Of a DNA stretch of 64,000 bases, positions 62,771 to 64,000 are shown piece after piece. A program made the translations under genes and the position numbers. Source of the stretch: Mustelus asterias (Eukaryota); NCBI RefSeq assembly GCF_964213995.1, contig NC_135817.1, positions 53,382,001 through 53,446,000 of the forward strand, given 5' to 3'. Below the pieces are notes generated by a model. It was not told the origin of the DNA. It made no database searches and saw nothing but the letters and a program-made list of their open reading frames with translations. How positions within the stretch are numbered: position 1 is the first letter of the stretch; the number at the start of each line of letters is the position of its first letter.

Positions 62771-64000
62771 ACACATCAGGAAGCAGTGAAGGGGAAGGAG
62801 ATTGTTGCAATATAAAAAGCAATATTACACTATGAGAACATCAAAGACATTGTCATATTTTCCAGACTTCACAGCCATCAGCCCAGAGATTGATATCCTG
62901 ACTGAATTAGAGCATAGGTTAATGCGGTTCGTACATGGTGATGTATCAGCATGATGAACTGAAACAGGTAGCATTAGCAAACAGTGAGTGAGGTCCTCTC
63001 CAGCAAGACAGAGATACAGTTTTCAGAGCATTCCAAAATGTTTAATTAAAAGGGGCAAATCATAGCAGGAGAATTCAAAGCCATTGGTGTGCTCCTCCTG
63101 CTCTATGTGGGAAGCCAGGAACATTTCCACTGTCTGGGCCCAGCATGTCTGCCGGAAGTGTCTCCAGCTCCTGGAGGCCTGGGTTTTGAAGCTTGGAGTT
63201 GCAGATGGGGAGCCTGTGCATCATCCACAAGGTGGAGAGTATTGTGGATAGCACGTATAGAGAGGTGATCACACAACAGGCTAAGACTCCACAGGCAGGA
63301 ATGGAATGGGTGACCACCAGGCAGCGCAGGAAAACCCAAGTACCCCCTGAATCTATGAGGAGCCATTGGTGGGGTTTCTGATGTAGTCTTTGGCAAAGTT
63401 GGCATCAGTGACCACCATGATTCAGTTGTGTGCAGTTTGCTATGAAATGCTACAGTCGCCCATGGCTGTGGCCTGAAATGTTCCGGAGATGAACAAGTTC
63501 AAGGCCACACTTACCTAAACAGATATGGCAGGGCCTGGCAATGTGTGGAGCAGGGTACTGCAAGGAGTAAGCGTACCGATGAATGTAACCATCTCTCCAG
63601 AGAATCACAGTCTCTTTCAACACTTTATTTTTGACATGTCCAAGTGGTTTGCCTGCTCCAGGAGATCCTGTGTTCTGGGTAGATCCCCCCTCCTCTGTGG
63701 CTTTGGCTCCATGTATACCTGATGCCCTGGGACCTTTCCAATGCTGTCCTTGACAGTTTGTGATGGAGGCAATCCCAATTTCAAGCGCTGCTGCCCAGGT
63801 GATGTCTAAGCAGCCTAGTTCAGTGTCCTAGTGGACAGGCCATGCCAGTTGTGTTCCCAATCCCTGAGCTGACAGGAACATGACTCTCCACTCTCCCTTG
63901 CTGAACTCCTGCAATTTTTCAGTGCACGCAGTGAGACTGTTCAGCCAGTTCAAATAATCCCAATAAAGTTTCAAGATGTTCATTGCCTGCTGACTCAACT

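Overview
Eukaryotic genomic DNA, almost certainly from a shark: HE1-type tRNA/V-SINEs, many CR1 LINEs and Penelope-like pLTRs occupy most of the window. Two multi-exon immunoglobulin-superfamily genes can be assembled by hand on the + strand, with GT-AG sites and matching exon phases. Gene A (2370-9489) has a leader, a B7/butyrophilin-type IgV, an IgC and a short hydrophilic last exon. No transmembrane exon was found, so it may be secreted, and its signal peptide looks 1-nt frameshifted. Gene B (33066-51146) encodes about 369 aa: leader, a germline-joined VJ domain (FVGEGTKL, no RSS, VNAR-like short core, extra Cys pair), a C1 domain, an uncharged TM and a tail with four ITIM/ITSM-like tyrosine motifs. 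It is a non-rearranging, antigen-receptor-like, SIRP-like inhibitory receptor sitting next to a B7-like gene. Other notable items are a captured RAF (ARAF-like) kinase exon fragment, Penelope insertions carrying hammerhead ribozyme cores (one copied 48 nt from a locus 1.7 kb away), a decayed duplicate of the tyrosine-motif exon, and SINEs with swapped LINE-derived tails. Gene models and family assignments come from manual reading only; no database searches were run.
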